DNA from: a virus
Strand: one strand, 5' to 3'
IMG/VR virus record: IMGVR_UViG_3300045988_105285
Span: 32,001-96,000 of that record
DNA length: 64,000 bases
Shown: positions 25,190-33,207 of the stretch, piece after piece
Layout of the letters: every line of letters begins with the position of its first letter
Position numbering within the stretch: the stretch's first letter is position 1
Program-made: the position numbers and the translations under genes
Notes under the pieces: model-generated
The model's input: only the letters and a program-made list of their open reading frames with translations
Told to the model about the DNA's origin: nothing
Database searches by the model: none

Positions 25190-25459
25190 TTAAGCTTTGC
25201 TACATCCATATCTCATTAATATAAAAGCACTACGTTGAAGATCCCTCTGTTTGAACGGATTCTTCTCCTGTATTTTATTCACATCTTTTCGTATCTTGCG
25301 GCTTTTCCACTTCTTTGTAAGACGCATAGCCTTTAACAAACGATGGTCTCCGGCTAGCTTTCCAGCATCCTTCTTGCCACAATAATAGCCTTGCCTATAA
25401 GCCCAATATCGGGTTTTATAGACTTGCTTCATTATCTTCTTAGCTTGTCTTATCTTCAT
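25190..25459 (-). CDS. small highly basic protein (89 aa)
   Basis: Lys/Arg-rich: MKIRQAKKIMKQVYKTRYWAYRQGYY...KKWKSRKIRKD. No family assigned. Confidence 0.5.
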   Translation of the reverse strand: MKIRQAKKIMKQVYKTRYWAYRQGYYCGKKDAGKLAGDHRLLKAMRLTKKWKSRKIRKDVNKIQEKNPFKQRDLQRSAFILMRYGCSKA

Positions 25460-25462
25460 ATA

Positions 25463-25837
25463 CTACTTGTTTTTATAAATTTCACATGTCCCCTCATAAA
25501 TAGTGTTATTACTATAAATGTCATTATATTGCGAAATGGAAACCAATTCGTTTGCCTTCATTCCCCGGAGAATGTCATCATACACACTTTCTATTGCTCT
25601 TCTCTTCAATTGCTCCATGCCAGATTTGTCACGGCAATAGTATTGCATTTCAAAGTGTGACATTTCAACTCTTGAATGAAGCTTAATAACTTGTGGCTTT
25701 ATGTATCTAACCTCTATCTTTGGTTTGATGCCTAATTTGTCAGCTAGCCATTGCTTCCATTTTGGCTTAACATCTTCCCCGTCTAAGCAAGCAAGTAATA
25801 TATAAATAAGACTAACACTTATATATAAAATTTCCAT
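25463..25837 (-). CDS. hypothetical protein with an N-terminal hydrophobic segment (124 aa)
   Basis: MEILYISVSLIYILLACL, followed by a soluble domain. Confidence 0.5.
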   Translation of the reverse strand: MEILYISVSLIYILLACLDGEDVKPKWKQWLADKLGIKPKIEVRYIKPQVIKLHSRVEMSHFEMQYYCRDKSGMEQLKRRAIESVYDDILRGMKANELVSISQYNDIYSNNTIYEGTCEIYKNK

Positions 25838-25943
25838 ACGCTACTTCTTTCTTGTTAAACTTATCGCCTAGGTGATTCAATGATCTTTAGAACGCAATTG
25901 GTCAAATCCTAACTTATACCAATATCTTCTTGACCACCAATAA

Positions 25944-26294
25944 TCATTCCGGTTTTTCTAAATCTTCTTGGCTTGCCTTATTTTCATCTTGCACCTCCTT
26001 TTTTGCGTTTCGTAAATACGACAAGCATTTCTTTCCAATAGTGCTTACAGCCTTGGAATACTCATCATCATATAATGATTCATTACCATCGTATCTACTT
26101 AGATATTTCTTTCTTTTAATGTCTGCATCAACCATGATTCTAAGCTTTGCAACAATCATTTCATTACTGGTTACCTTGCCAAGAAACCACAACATATTAG
26201 TTAATGCTAACTTGTTTGGTTCATAAGCGTCAACATCAGACAATTCTGACAGCCTTCCTTGAATGTATCTCGTTAGTACCTTTTTGTAATTCAT
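25944..26294 (-). CDS. hypothetical protein (116 aa)
   Basis: 4-nt overlap with the stop of the upstream gene. Confidence 0.55.
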   Translation of the reverse strand: MNYKKVLTRYIQGRLSELSDVDAYEPNKLALTNMLWFLGKVTSNEMIVAKLRIMVDADIKRKKYLSRYDGNESLYDDEYSKAVSTIGKKCLSYLRNAKKEVQDENKASQEDLEKPE

Positions 26295-26689
26295 ACCTTG
26301 TCCGCCTTATCGTATTTATTGCCAACAACATAAGCTTTAAATAAATTAACAAATGGCTCGAAATTGTCAACTTTATCTAAACTCTTGAAGGCAAACATTC
26401 CTTCTTTTTCAATATAAACTACCTCATAGAGATTATCTATACACAAAAGGTCATAGTTATCACGCACTATATCGCCTTCCCAAATTTCATTGCAGTCTTC
26501 GTCCATCATTCCTGTGAACTGACAGACTGTTTCTGGAATTACTTTGTAAGGAGTTAAATAACATCTATCATCTTCATCACTTTCTTTACGATGAATATAC
26601 GCTATTCCATGAGAGTATGTAAGTGAACCCTCTACCCATTCCCCGTTATCAAGACGCTTTGCCTTGAATTTTATGTTTTCTATTTTCAT
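26291..26689 (-). CDS. YopX-family protein
   Basis: FKAKRLDNGEWVEGSL....VIPETVCQFTGMMDEDCNEIWEGDIV matches the YopX pattern. Confidence 0.7.
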   Translation of the reverse strand: MKIENIKFKAKRLDNGEWVEGSLTYSHGIAYIHRKESDEDDRCYLTPYKVIPETVCQFTGMMDEDCNEIWEGDIVRDNYDLLCIDNLYEVVYIEKEGMFAFKSLDKVDNFEPFVNLFKAYVVGNKYDKADKV

Positions 26690-26695
26690 AAGCTA

Positions 26696-26896
26696 TTATT
26701 TTAAATCACTTGCACCATCAGCAATGCCAACACTATATCTCTCGACAAACTCAGCAGAGCGTGCTGCCATTCCTTTAATCATTGCCTTTTTATGTGAGAC
26801 GTTACCAGTAGTTAAAACATCAGCTTCTTCGGCAATATTATTAAACCATTTGATAATCTTTTCTCGTAACTCATCCGTTATTACATATTCTTTCAT
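26696..26896 (-). CDS. hypothetical protein (66 aa)
   Basis: ORF track entry in operon context. Confidence 0.5.
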   Translation of the reverse strand: MKEYVITDELREKIIKWFNNIAEEADVLTTGNVSHKKAMIKGMAARSAEFVERYSVGIADGASDLK

Positions 26897-26922
26897 AACT
26901 ATTCTCCTTTAAGTTCTACACT

Positions 26923-27183
26923 TTATTCACCTATCTTTTCAAAAACTAATTTTACTTTTATAGGCTCATCTTCCCATGATAAATCAATATTGTTTCTTGG
27001 GATAGTAAATCTTTTGTTTCTATGGTCTCTAGCAGTTATCTCATCATTACAATTATAATCAATACCACTTTTCCACTTACTCCAAAATCCATACCAATCA
27101 TCTCGGAATGGTTTATCTTTGAACAACACTAGCTCGCCATCTTTATCACAAGCAAGCCATAAATATTTAACTTTATCACTCAT
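26923..27183 (-). CDS. hypothetical protein (86 aa)
   Basis: The ORF-track start at 27210 is a GTG. The likely ATG start is MSDKVKYLWL at 27183. Confidence 0.5.
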   Translation of the reverse strand: MSDKVKYLWLACDKDGELVLFKDKPFRDDWYGFWSKWKSGIDYNCNDEITARDHRNKRFTIPRNNIDLSWEDEPIKVKLVFEKIGE

Positions 27184-27547
27184 ATTTCTTCTTTTTAAGT
27201 TCTCTTTCACGTTTACGTCTCTCCCCTCTTGTAGGTGGTGGAACGTATGTTTTCTTCCTCAATTTTAACCTATGTAATTTTTTATTCTTCCGCACTTTCG
27301 ACACTCTTCAAAATTGATTCTGCCAAATTCTTTATAGACATACTCATGGTGACAAGTTATATTTTGCTTCCACCATTTCTTTAAGAATAAGATTATATCT
27401 CCTATCATAATTAATCCTCCAACTCTTTTTTAATATTGTCTAACCACACAAGAATAGCATCAATATTAACAGAAGTAGCATGCTTCTCTTGACACTTTCT
27501 TAAAAGATTCTTCTTTTCAATGATTTCATTAATCGCAGTTACTTTAC

Positions 27548-27883
27548 TCATTGCTTATTCTTCCTATCTTTATAAAAGTCTGGGACTCTATTAACTTCCC
27601 ACCAAGACATTCCTTCATCACCACGAGACTCTATCCATACTGGTTCTTTAGTATCTTTATCTTGGCAGTAGATCATACCACGAACCTCATCATGCATAAA
27701 GATAGATTCTACCTCAAAATCTAGAGATTCTAGTGTACTATATAATTTGCCCCAGTAATTCGGGTTTAATCTTTCTGCTTTAGCTATTGATGCACCCTCA
27801 TCACAAAGGTCAATTTTTAGTATCTCTAGATTATTCTCTTTAACAACATCTAGAATAGACTTTTTGACGTTCATTTTACTCAT
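27548..27883 (-). CDS. hypothetical protein (111 aa)
   Basis: ORF track entry in operon context. Confidence 0.55.
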   Translation of the reverse strand: MSKMNVKKSILDVVKENNLEILKIDLCDEGASIAKAERLNPNYWGKLYSTLESLDFEVESIFMHDEVRGMIYCQDKDTKEPVWIESRGDEGMSWWEVNRVPDFYKDRKNKQ

Positions 27884-27972
27884 TGCTCATCCTCCTTAAT
27901 TACAGGTTCTTCAATAATGAATTTACCTTCGATTTCAAATGGTAAAACGTTAGTAATATTTGCTCTATAAGC

Positions 27973-28248
27973 TTAGTCTCCTTCACATAAAGTTTCGTTA
28001 ACCTCGTCATTGTATGTGTGAGTAACCGGATTGTACTTGGAATGTATTGCATCTACCCTACCTTTCCGGTTAGTGAAATAGATAGCATTTCCTTGGTCAT
28101 AAAACCTGTACACTGTTATACTATCAACAACAAACAATTTCTCGACCTTGAATTTGTCAACAGAATCCGAGATTTGGACTCTTGTACCCTTACCTTTGCA
28201 ACCTACCAAAATGGCGGCAACGGAAATTATCATAATTACCTTTTTCAT
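27973..28248 (-). CDS. lipoprotein (signal peptide + lipobox LVGC)
   Basis: MKKVIMIISVAAILVGC|KGKG. The start is refined to 28248. Confidence 0.6.
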   Translation of the reverse strand: MKKVIMIISVAAILVGCKGKGTRVQISDSVDKFKVEKLFVVDSITVYRFYDQGNAIYFTNRKGRVDAIHSKYNPVTHTYNDEVNETLCEGD

Positions 28249-28277
28249 ATCAACTTCTTTTCTTCTTGACGAATCCG

Positions 28278-28553
28278 TCATCCATCATACCCTAATATAC
28301 TAAAGAACTCATCCATTCTTGGATTTAGATTGTTTGCCATTAACATATATGCCGGAACGGAGCGACCGATGTTGTACTCTAGCTTCAATGCATGTATCAT
28401 TACTGAAGCTTGATGGCTTGAAATCTTAACCCTATCCAATCTGGAAAGTATTTCGCTCTGCGAATCTGCATTACGAAACACTTTCTTGATAAGACTTTCT
28501 ATGTACTTACGCTGCTTGTCCGTCATTGCTCTTATTGTGCTCAAGAGACTCAA
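28278..28553 (-). CDS. hypothetical protein (91 aa)
   Basis: ORF track entry. Its stop overlaps the extended ORF-track form of the downstream ORF by 4 nt. Confidence 0.5.
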   Translation of the reverse strand: MSLLSTIRAMTDKQRKYIESLIKKVFRNADSQSEILSRLDRVKISSHQASVMIHALKLEYNIGRSVPAYMLMANNLNPRMDEFFSILGYDG

Positions 28554-28767
28554 CCAAAGCCTTCAGACCATTGAAAGTAGCATCCACCAACTCCTTGCTA
28601 TCGGAAGCATCAAAATACCAATTTCCAATAATCTTGCTATTATTTTCGGCAAACATCGTAATACTCGTATGAGTATTTGAAGACGACATCTGGATAGACT
28701 CCTTTGTTCTACCCATGAGGTTGGCAATCTTTACCAATACCTCTACATAAGCATTATTCTTTTCCAC
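28507..28767 (-). CDS. hypothetical protein (86 aa), first gene behind promoter/leader module B
   Basis: GTG start shortly after leader motif copy 9. It overlaps the next ORF by 47 nt. Confidence 0.45.
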   Translation of the reverse strand: MEKNNAYVEVLVKIANLMGRTKESIQMSSSNTHTSITMFAENNSKIIGNWYFDASDSKELVDATFNGLKALVESLEHNKSNDGQAA

Positions 28768-28777
28768 TTTCTTATTA

Positions 28778-28802
28778 CAGTTTTTATGGTGTGTCTCACC
28801 AT
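28778..28802 (-). promoter_or_regulatory. conserved leader motif copy 9
   Basis: Minus-strand RNA reads ATGGTGAGACACACCAT-AAAAACTG (6-bp stem). Confidence 0.6.
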
Positions 28803-28830
28803 TTTAATTAATAACCTTGTTTCTTAATTA

Positions 28831-28890
28831 CATTGCAAAGATACAAAGAATATTTGAAATATGCAAACTATTTAATGTATTTCTTTTAGT
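28831..28890 (-). promoter_or_regulatory. Bacteroidota-type promoter module B (-7 box at 28836..28843)
   Basis: Near-identical to module A. Confidence 0.65.
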
Positions 28891-28939
28891 ATTTAACATA
28901 CTATAATAATACAGACAAATAATTTGCTGACGTTAACAC

Positions 28940-28979
28940 AAAAATCCCCACCACTACATTATTATATATAGTGATGGGG
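28940..28979 (-). terminator. intrinsic terminator after ORF 29025..29300
   Basis: Minus RNA CCCCATCACTA-loop-TAGTGGTGGGG followed by ATTTTTG. Confidence 0.6.
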
Positions 28980-29024
28980 CAAACATTTAAAACAAAATAG
29001 CATTATGGATTTCTACGATTACTA

Positions 29025-29300
29025 TCAAACTAAATCGTCAACATAAGCCCATTTATAGATGGCGTTTGACTTCGTGAACTTCTTCCACCATTCCTCGCCC
29101 AAGAAATTCAGATGCTTGAAACGCTTGCGAACCTTGGTCAGACCGACAATGCGTCTGTTGTGCTCAGGTAATTCTTCTACCGGATGCCAAGCACTATCCT
29201 TTTGGCATTTTATTCCCAACTCCAAGGCTTGCTTGGCTATCTGCCTTGCACCTTGACTCAAGTCTATCTTATCTATCAATAATTCTAAGTCCATAATCAA
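29025..29300 (-). CDS. hypothetical protein (91 aa)
   Basis: ORF track entry. 4-nt overlap with the upstream stop. Confidence 0.55.
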   Translation of the reverse strand: MIMDLELLIDKIDLSQGARQIAKQALELGIKCQKDSAWHPVEELPEHNRRIVGLTKVRKRFKHLNFLGEEWWKKFTKSNAIYKWAYVDDLV

Positions 29301-29536
29301 ATAACTTTTATGTTAACTTTGTCTTCAAAAAACGCTTCTAGCACTTCCTTGGCTTTTGCATCTGCTTCATCCAAGTCTTTGCATATGACTACTTGAACAC
29401 CATAACCTATATGGTTACGCAATTCATAACTACCATCAGCCTTAACCAACCGGAGGAAAATATCTCCACCTTTGAAGCGGTACGAATATCCTTCAGTTGC
29501 CTCGTTCCATTGTCTAACTATGTTCCTCACCGCCAT
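29297..29536 (-). CDS. hypothetical protein (79 aa)
   Basis: ORF track entry in operon context. Confidence 0.55.
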   Translation of the reverse strand: MAVRNIVRQWNEATEGYSYRFKGGDIFLRLVKADGSYELRNHIGYGVQVVICKDLDEADAKAKEVLEAFFEDKVNIKVI

Positions 29537-29741
29537 AATATTTTTGCACTTTTACCAATGTAGCACTAGCACCCTCAATATAGGCTGCGATAATGACATT
29601 TCTATATAGCTCACTATTTTCCTTATCAATTCCTACCAAACCTTCTGTTGATTTCAAAGGCTCAATTGTAAATTTATAAGCCTCCTCTACTATTCAGCTA
29701 GGAACTCCATTTGAAATCAAATTCTCACAATACTCATTCAT
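29514..29741 (-). pseudogene. small ORF interrupted by an in-frame TGA at 29694..29696 (pseudogene, internal start, or readthrough)
   Basis: Read manually: MNEYCENLISNGVPS-TGA-IVEEAYKFTIEPLKSTEGLVGIDKENSELYRNVIIAAYIEGASATLVKVQKYYGGEEHS, all in one frame. Confidence 0.35.
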
Positions 29742-29765
29742 AATTTAACCTTTTAAAATTAGTGG

Positions 29766-30185
29766 ATGACAAGGGATTTAAACCCTTGTTGGTGTCAATA
29801 CCTCCCCAGTGACCTGGTACACGGAATGTTTAATCAAGAAATCCGCTCCAAGTTTGCGAGGGTCGCATTGCTTTCAGTTGCCAATGCCACTCATCCGTTT
29901 GTCAGCGACAGATGCGAATTTGAAGACTATGCACCATTCCCAACCTTGCCCAAGGGTTTCTGTCGCTGACTTATGGGCTTGTGCCAATGGCTGTCGGCAA
30001 ATTTTAAGTGTTCACATCTTACGATGCGGTATTAACTATCTCCCTGCCCAAGGGAACAACCATTAGCGATAGGCTATTTGTAGTTATGAAACTTCAAAAT
30101 AAAGCCGTGTGACTCCTAAGTTTACAATCCCGCCCCCACGCTGGGCATCACACGGCTTTGAGACGTGGGTATTTGGTAGATTATG
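29766..30185 (-). ncRNA. large structured non-coding region of unknown class (strand inferred from neighbours)
   Basis: About 420 nt without a credible ORF and visibly GC-richer. Perfect 12-bp stems at 29901-12/29959-70 and 30101-12/30148-59, plus at least 6 shorter hairpins (29770-88, 29865-88, 30040-55 and others). Confidence 0.4.
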
Positions 30186-30191
30186 GCTTTC

Positions 30192-30353
30192 CTACCTCGT
30201 CTTTCTTATATCATTCCGCTGCCATCCTGCCGCCCAGTCTACCGGAGCTGCATTACAACAGTGAAAAGATGTATTCACATTATACAAGGCAGCTCTGAAC
30301 TCATCCAATTCTTCTGCCGAGAACGGACAATCCTTGTTTACTCGCCTTGCCAT
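30192..30353 (-). CDS. hypothetical small Cys-containing protein (53 aa)
   Basis: Read manually: MARRVNKDCPFSAEELDEFRAALYNVNTSFHCCNAAPVDW... Confidence 0.35.
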   Translation of the reverse strand: MARRVNKDCPFSAEELDEFRAALYNVNTSFHCCNAAPVDWAAGWQRNDIRKTR

Positions 30354-30508
30354 AATTTCACCACCTTATAGCCAAGCCGACTTGCAAGATCAAGAAATAC
30401 GTTAAAGTCTTCCTGTGCAAGTTCTGTTCCTGATACCACTCCATTCTCTATAGTGAAGTAACGCTTTGTATTGTAAAGCGTATCCTCCAAGCAATAAGTT
30501 TCTTTCAT
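30338..30508 (-). CDS. hypothetical small protein (56 aa)
   Basis: Read manually: MKETYCLEDTLYNTKRYFTIENGVVSG... The ATG lies 9 nt after the methyltransferase stop. Confidence 0.4.
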   Translation of the reverse strand: MKETYCLEDTLYNTKRYFTIENGVVSGTELAQEDFNVFLDLASRLGYKVVKLWQGE

Positions 30509-30517
30509 TTCTTCTTT

Positions 30518-31243
30518 CTAATCAATAGTAAACAACCTTTCGACTGGTCTCTTTGTAATATTCGGGTTAATGGAATTAGTTATTTCCTTTTCCCAGACAC
30601 ATCTGAACTCTTGCGGCATCTGATACTCGCTGATAAAGACCTTATGTCCTCTTCTAGCCATTTCCATGCACCAAATATAGAAACTTTCATAATCGAAGTT
30701 CTTTGATACATCATACTTTTTCGTAGCTTTGTAAGGTATATCGCAATACACTATACTCCTTTCCGGTATCACAAGTTCATCATAACTGCCGCTATAGAAC
30801 TCAACACCTTTAATGAGAGGCACATCACGCATTGTATTTTCTATCTGCTCCCTTATGTAATCCCTTGCCTTTCCGTTCTTGCCGACAACATTATGTCCGC
30901 TATAGCCACCATCAAAGAAGCGACCATTAAAGCTTGCCATGAAGCCGACTAGTCCTACACCAGCTTCGGTAAAGAAATTATTCTTTCCATGATAGCAATC
31001 TCGTGCCTTGTCATACGTCTCCTTGCTAATATGCCTGAAGACAAATCCTCCATCCTGAAGATGCTTCCACATTTCGATAAGATACCTATTCTTATCGTTG
31101 GCAATCCTGCGATACGTGTCCGGAACGTTCTCAATAACGCTACAGCCACCACAGAAAGCATCTACAAACGTATCATGTTCCTTGTCCAGCATAATCGGCA
31201 ATATTTCATGCACGATTCTAGCCTTACTACCCATGTACTTCAT
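30518..31243 (-). CDS. N6-adenine DNA methyltransferase (Dam-like, D12 class)
   Basis: YMGSKARIVHEILPIM, FVDAFCGGCSV (AdoMet motif) and VYCDIPY (DPPY-type catalytic motif). Confidence 0.85.
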   Translation of the reverse strand: MKYMGSKARIVHEILPIMLDKEHDTFVDAFCGGCSVIENVPDTYRRIANDKNRYLIEMWKHLQDGGFVFRHISKETYDKARDCYHGKNNFFTEAGVGLVGFMASFNGRFFDGGYSGHNVVGKNGKARDYIREQIENTMRDVPLIKGVEFYSGSYDELVIPERSIVYCDIPYKATKKYDVSKNFDYESFYIWCMEMARRGHKVFISEYQMPQEFRCVWEKEITNSINPNITKRPVERLFTID

Positions 31244-31497
31244 CCTATCAACTTCTTTATCATTTTAACACCTCGGTTGCCAAATTTTCGCTCAACAACC
31301 TCATTGTAACTAACTCCATCAATGGAACACTCATCCGGATAGCGTTCTTCAAGCCAATCCGTAAACTTCAGTAAGTTGAAGACCAACTCTCTTCCCGCTA
31401 AAAGAAACCGCATATCTATGAACTTTCCAAAGTTTTCCCCAAAGATTCGCTGAAATTCATTACCTATCGCCAATAACTCATTTGGGTCTATTTCCAT
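31240..31497 (-). CDS. hypothetical protein (85 aa)
   Basis: 4-nt overlap with the methyltransferase start. Confidence 0.55.
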   Translation of the reverse strand: MEIDPNELLAIGNEFQRIFGENFGKFIDMRFLLAGRELVFNLLKFTDWLEERYPDECSIDGVSYNEVVERKFGNRGVKMIKKLIG

Positions 31498-32345
31498 CAG
31501 CTTGCTTTCTTTGATGTTGTTCTCTCCAAAGGAAAGTCACTCTTCATAAAGTCATTAATCCCTATGTAAGTCCGCTGCAAATCCTTCTCATCGCCTTTTA
31601 AGTCTTCCGTTGCATTAATAGCAGCCTCATTTAATGTCTGTTCGTCAAAGACACCTTTTCTCACCTTGTCGAAATAAGAAAGAATTTCTTTGGTCATCAA
31701 ATGGTCTGCCAGTCTCTCGAAATCCTTATCCATCACTAACGCCATGAAGTCATAGGAGTTTTCAAAAGCAAGTATTGGGGCAAAATCCTTGAACGCTTGC
31801 ATTAAGTTAACGTGCAATTCTTCAAACAGCTTACGGATGATATTCTCATAAGTGCCCAAACAAAGGTTAGTGAGATTATAAAGGATGATTGCATTCGCAT
31901 AAACTCCCGATTTTTCACCAATTCCTAAGTTCTGTAACCTCACCGCGATCTTATCTCGCAACTTATACAAGTCTCCACTAATCTTGTCATAGAACGTCAT
32001 TGCGAATTCGTTATTAAAATCTGCATTAGGAACATAAGCGTCATAATACTTAACCACCTTGCGAAGATTCTTCTTGCAGTCCACCCACCTCTTCTTAACT
32101 TCAAACCTAACGCATTTCTTCTTCAGAATACTCTTTTCGATTTTCTGAATGAAACACTCTGCCAATATCATTTCGACATAGACATACTGCTGTAGATAGG
32201 CTCTGGTAACAACCATAACCTTATTTACTTCGGTTTCGGACATTTCATGCGGAACACTGATGATTGTCTTCTTGCCACCGACATCTAACAGAACTCTTCT
32301 GAAACAATTAACACTAGACATGATGTTTTCTGTTTGAATATTCAA
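31497..32345 (-). CDS. hypothetical protein (282 aa)
   Basis: Long clean ORF. No motif recognised. Confidence 0.6.
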   Translation of the reverse strand: MNIQTENIMSSVNCFRRVLLDVGGKKTIISVPHEMSETEVNKVMVVTRAYLQQYVYVEMILAECFIQKIEKSILKKKCVRFEVKKRWVDCKKNLRKVVKYYDAYVPNADFNNEFAMTFYDKISGDLYKLRDKIAVRLQNLGIGEKSGVYANAIILYNLTNLCLGTYENIIRKLFEELHVNLMQAFKDFAPILAFENSYDFMALVMDKDFERLADHLMTKEILSYFDKVRKGVFDEQTLNEAAINATEDLKGDEKDLQRTYIGINDFMKSDFPLERTTSKKAS

Positions 32346-32610
32346 CGACCTTGTTATAGCACTCTGTTCTTACCAAATCCTCGACCTTATTCAATGTGCA
32401 AACCTCGTGGGTATCATTCATATTGACTTGTGGGCAGCAAATCTGATAAAAATACTTTGTCCTGACGGTGAAACCAAACAACTTGATTTGTTCTCTGATT
32501 ACCCGACCAGACACCACCTTATCAAGTTTCTTCTTTCCTTCAAAGAGATTCAAACTTTCCTCTCTTCGATATATAATATCGGTCATAACCGAAAAAATCT
32601 TTCCGAGCAT
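32314..32610 (-). CDS. hypothetical protein (98 aa or shorter)
   Basis: ORF track entry. An internal start at MTDIIYRRE is possible. Confidence 0.5.
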   Translation of the reverse strand: MLGKIFSVMTDIIYRREESLNLFEGKKKLDKVVSGRVIREQIKLFGFTVRTKYFYQICCPQVNMNDTHEVCTLNKVEDLVRTECYNKVVEYSNRKHHV

Positions 32611-32612
32611 AA

Positions 32613-32960
32613 CTATTCCTCCAAATTTCTAAGTGTCTCCATACTCTCATCATTTTCAGCATCATAGCCGATATGATACTCGCTACCAATTCTTGCACCA
32701 ACATATATCTCTTCTGCATCTAAGATGTAGTGGAACATCTGTTCACGTACCTTTCTCTGCTCTTCATTCAATTCGAGCATATCAAAGCACTCTTCTTGTA
32801 AAGACTTATATGGATTCGCCCCCATATATGCTACATAAGCCAACTTGCCTTCCTGGTGCAATGGTCTCCACTTCTCCCACCAATGGTTGCGGTATTCCAA
32901 GATACCCCTTTCTACTCCATCGGCACAAACATGTTTAACTATTCGTATTCTCATATTCAA
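32613..32960 (-). CDS. hypothetical protein (115 aa)
   Basis: ORF track entry in operon context. Confidence 0.55.
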   Translation of the reverse strand: MNMRIRIVKHVCADGVERGILEYRNHWWEKWRPLHQEGKLAYVAYMGANPYKSLQEECFDMLELNEEQRKVREQMFHYILDAEEIYVGARIGSEYHIGYDAENDESMETLRNLEE

Positions 32961-32976
32961 TCCTTTTATTTATATT

Positions 32977-33207
32977 CTACCAATTTTCCTCCTCTTTTAA
33001 AGCTTCAAACTTATCCTTCATAATAGAATTGGTCTCTGTCCAAAAGACTATGATAACCTTTTTTACATCAACCCCTTCTCCTTGTGCAATATCCTTTGAG
33101 GCCTTAACGAAATCAAAATACCCTTCATCTGATTCTAAAATTCCGACGGAATACGCCATACGTCCATCCTTGATGAATCTTGCGGAAAAATAAAAGTATC
33201 TTTTCAT
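32977..33207 (-). CDS. hypothetical protein (76 aa)
   Basis: 4-nt overlap with the upstream HTH gene. Confidence 0.5.
   Translation of the reverse strand: MKRYFYFSARFIKDGRMAYSVGILESDEGYFDFVKASKDIAQGEGVDVKKVIIVFWTETNSIMKDKFEALKEEENW

Larger units (their letters stand above)
23581..25191 (-). mobile_element. IscB/omega-RNA module (IS200/IS605-derived OMEGA locus, no transposase, ends not identifiable)
   Basis: iscB plus the upstream structured RNA region. No TnpA-like ORF is present. There are only 7 nt between the iscB stop and the next gene. Confidence 0.45.

Noticed and set aside
25039-29849. The 10-nt identity (aatccgctcc) between the omega-RNA region and the 29.8-kb structured block as evidence for a second omega-RNA.
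   Set aside because: A single 10-mer match between two regions of about 300-400 nt is close to chance expectation. No extended alignment is visible, so it is mentioned only as a weak hint.
29766-30227. tmRNA or tRNA hypothesis for the T-arm-like hairpin CAAGGG-TTTAAAT-CCCTTG followed by GTCATCC-A.
   Set aside because: The loop lacks the invariant C56 (TTT rather than TTC). The only complementary 5' strands are 134 and 460 nt away. There is no G3:U70 pair, no plausible tag reading frame ending in an Ala-rich peptide, and no D or anticodon arm that could be folded.
29766-30371. ORFs 29766..29969 (+), 29809..30066 (+) and 30183..30371 (+).
   Set aside because: They run opposite to a uniformly minus-strand operon. 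The first two lie within the stem-rich non-coding block. The third is antisense to two better-supported small minus-strand ORFs.
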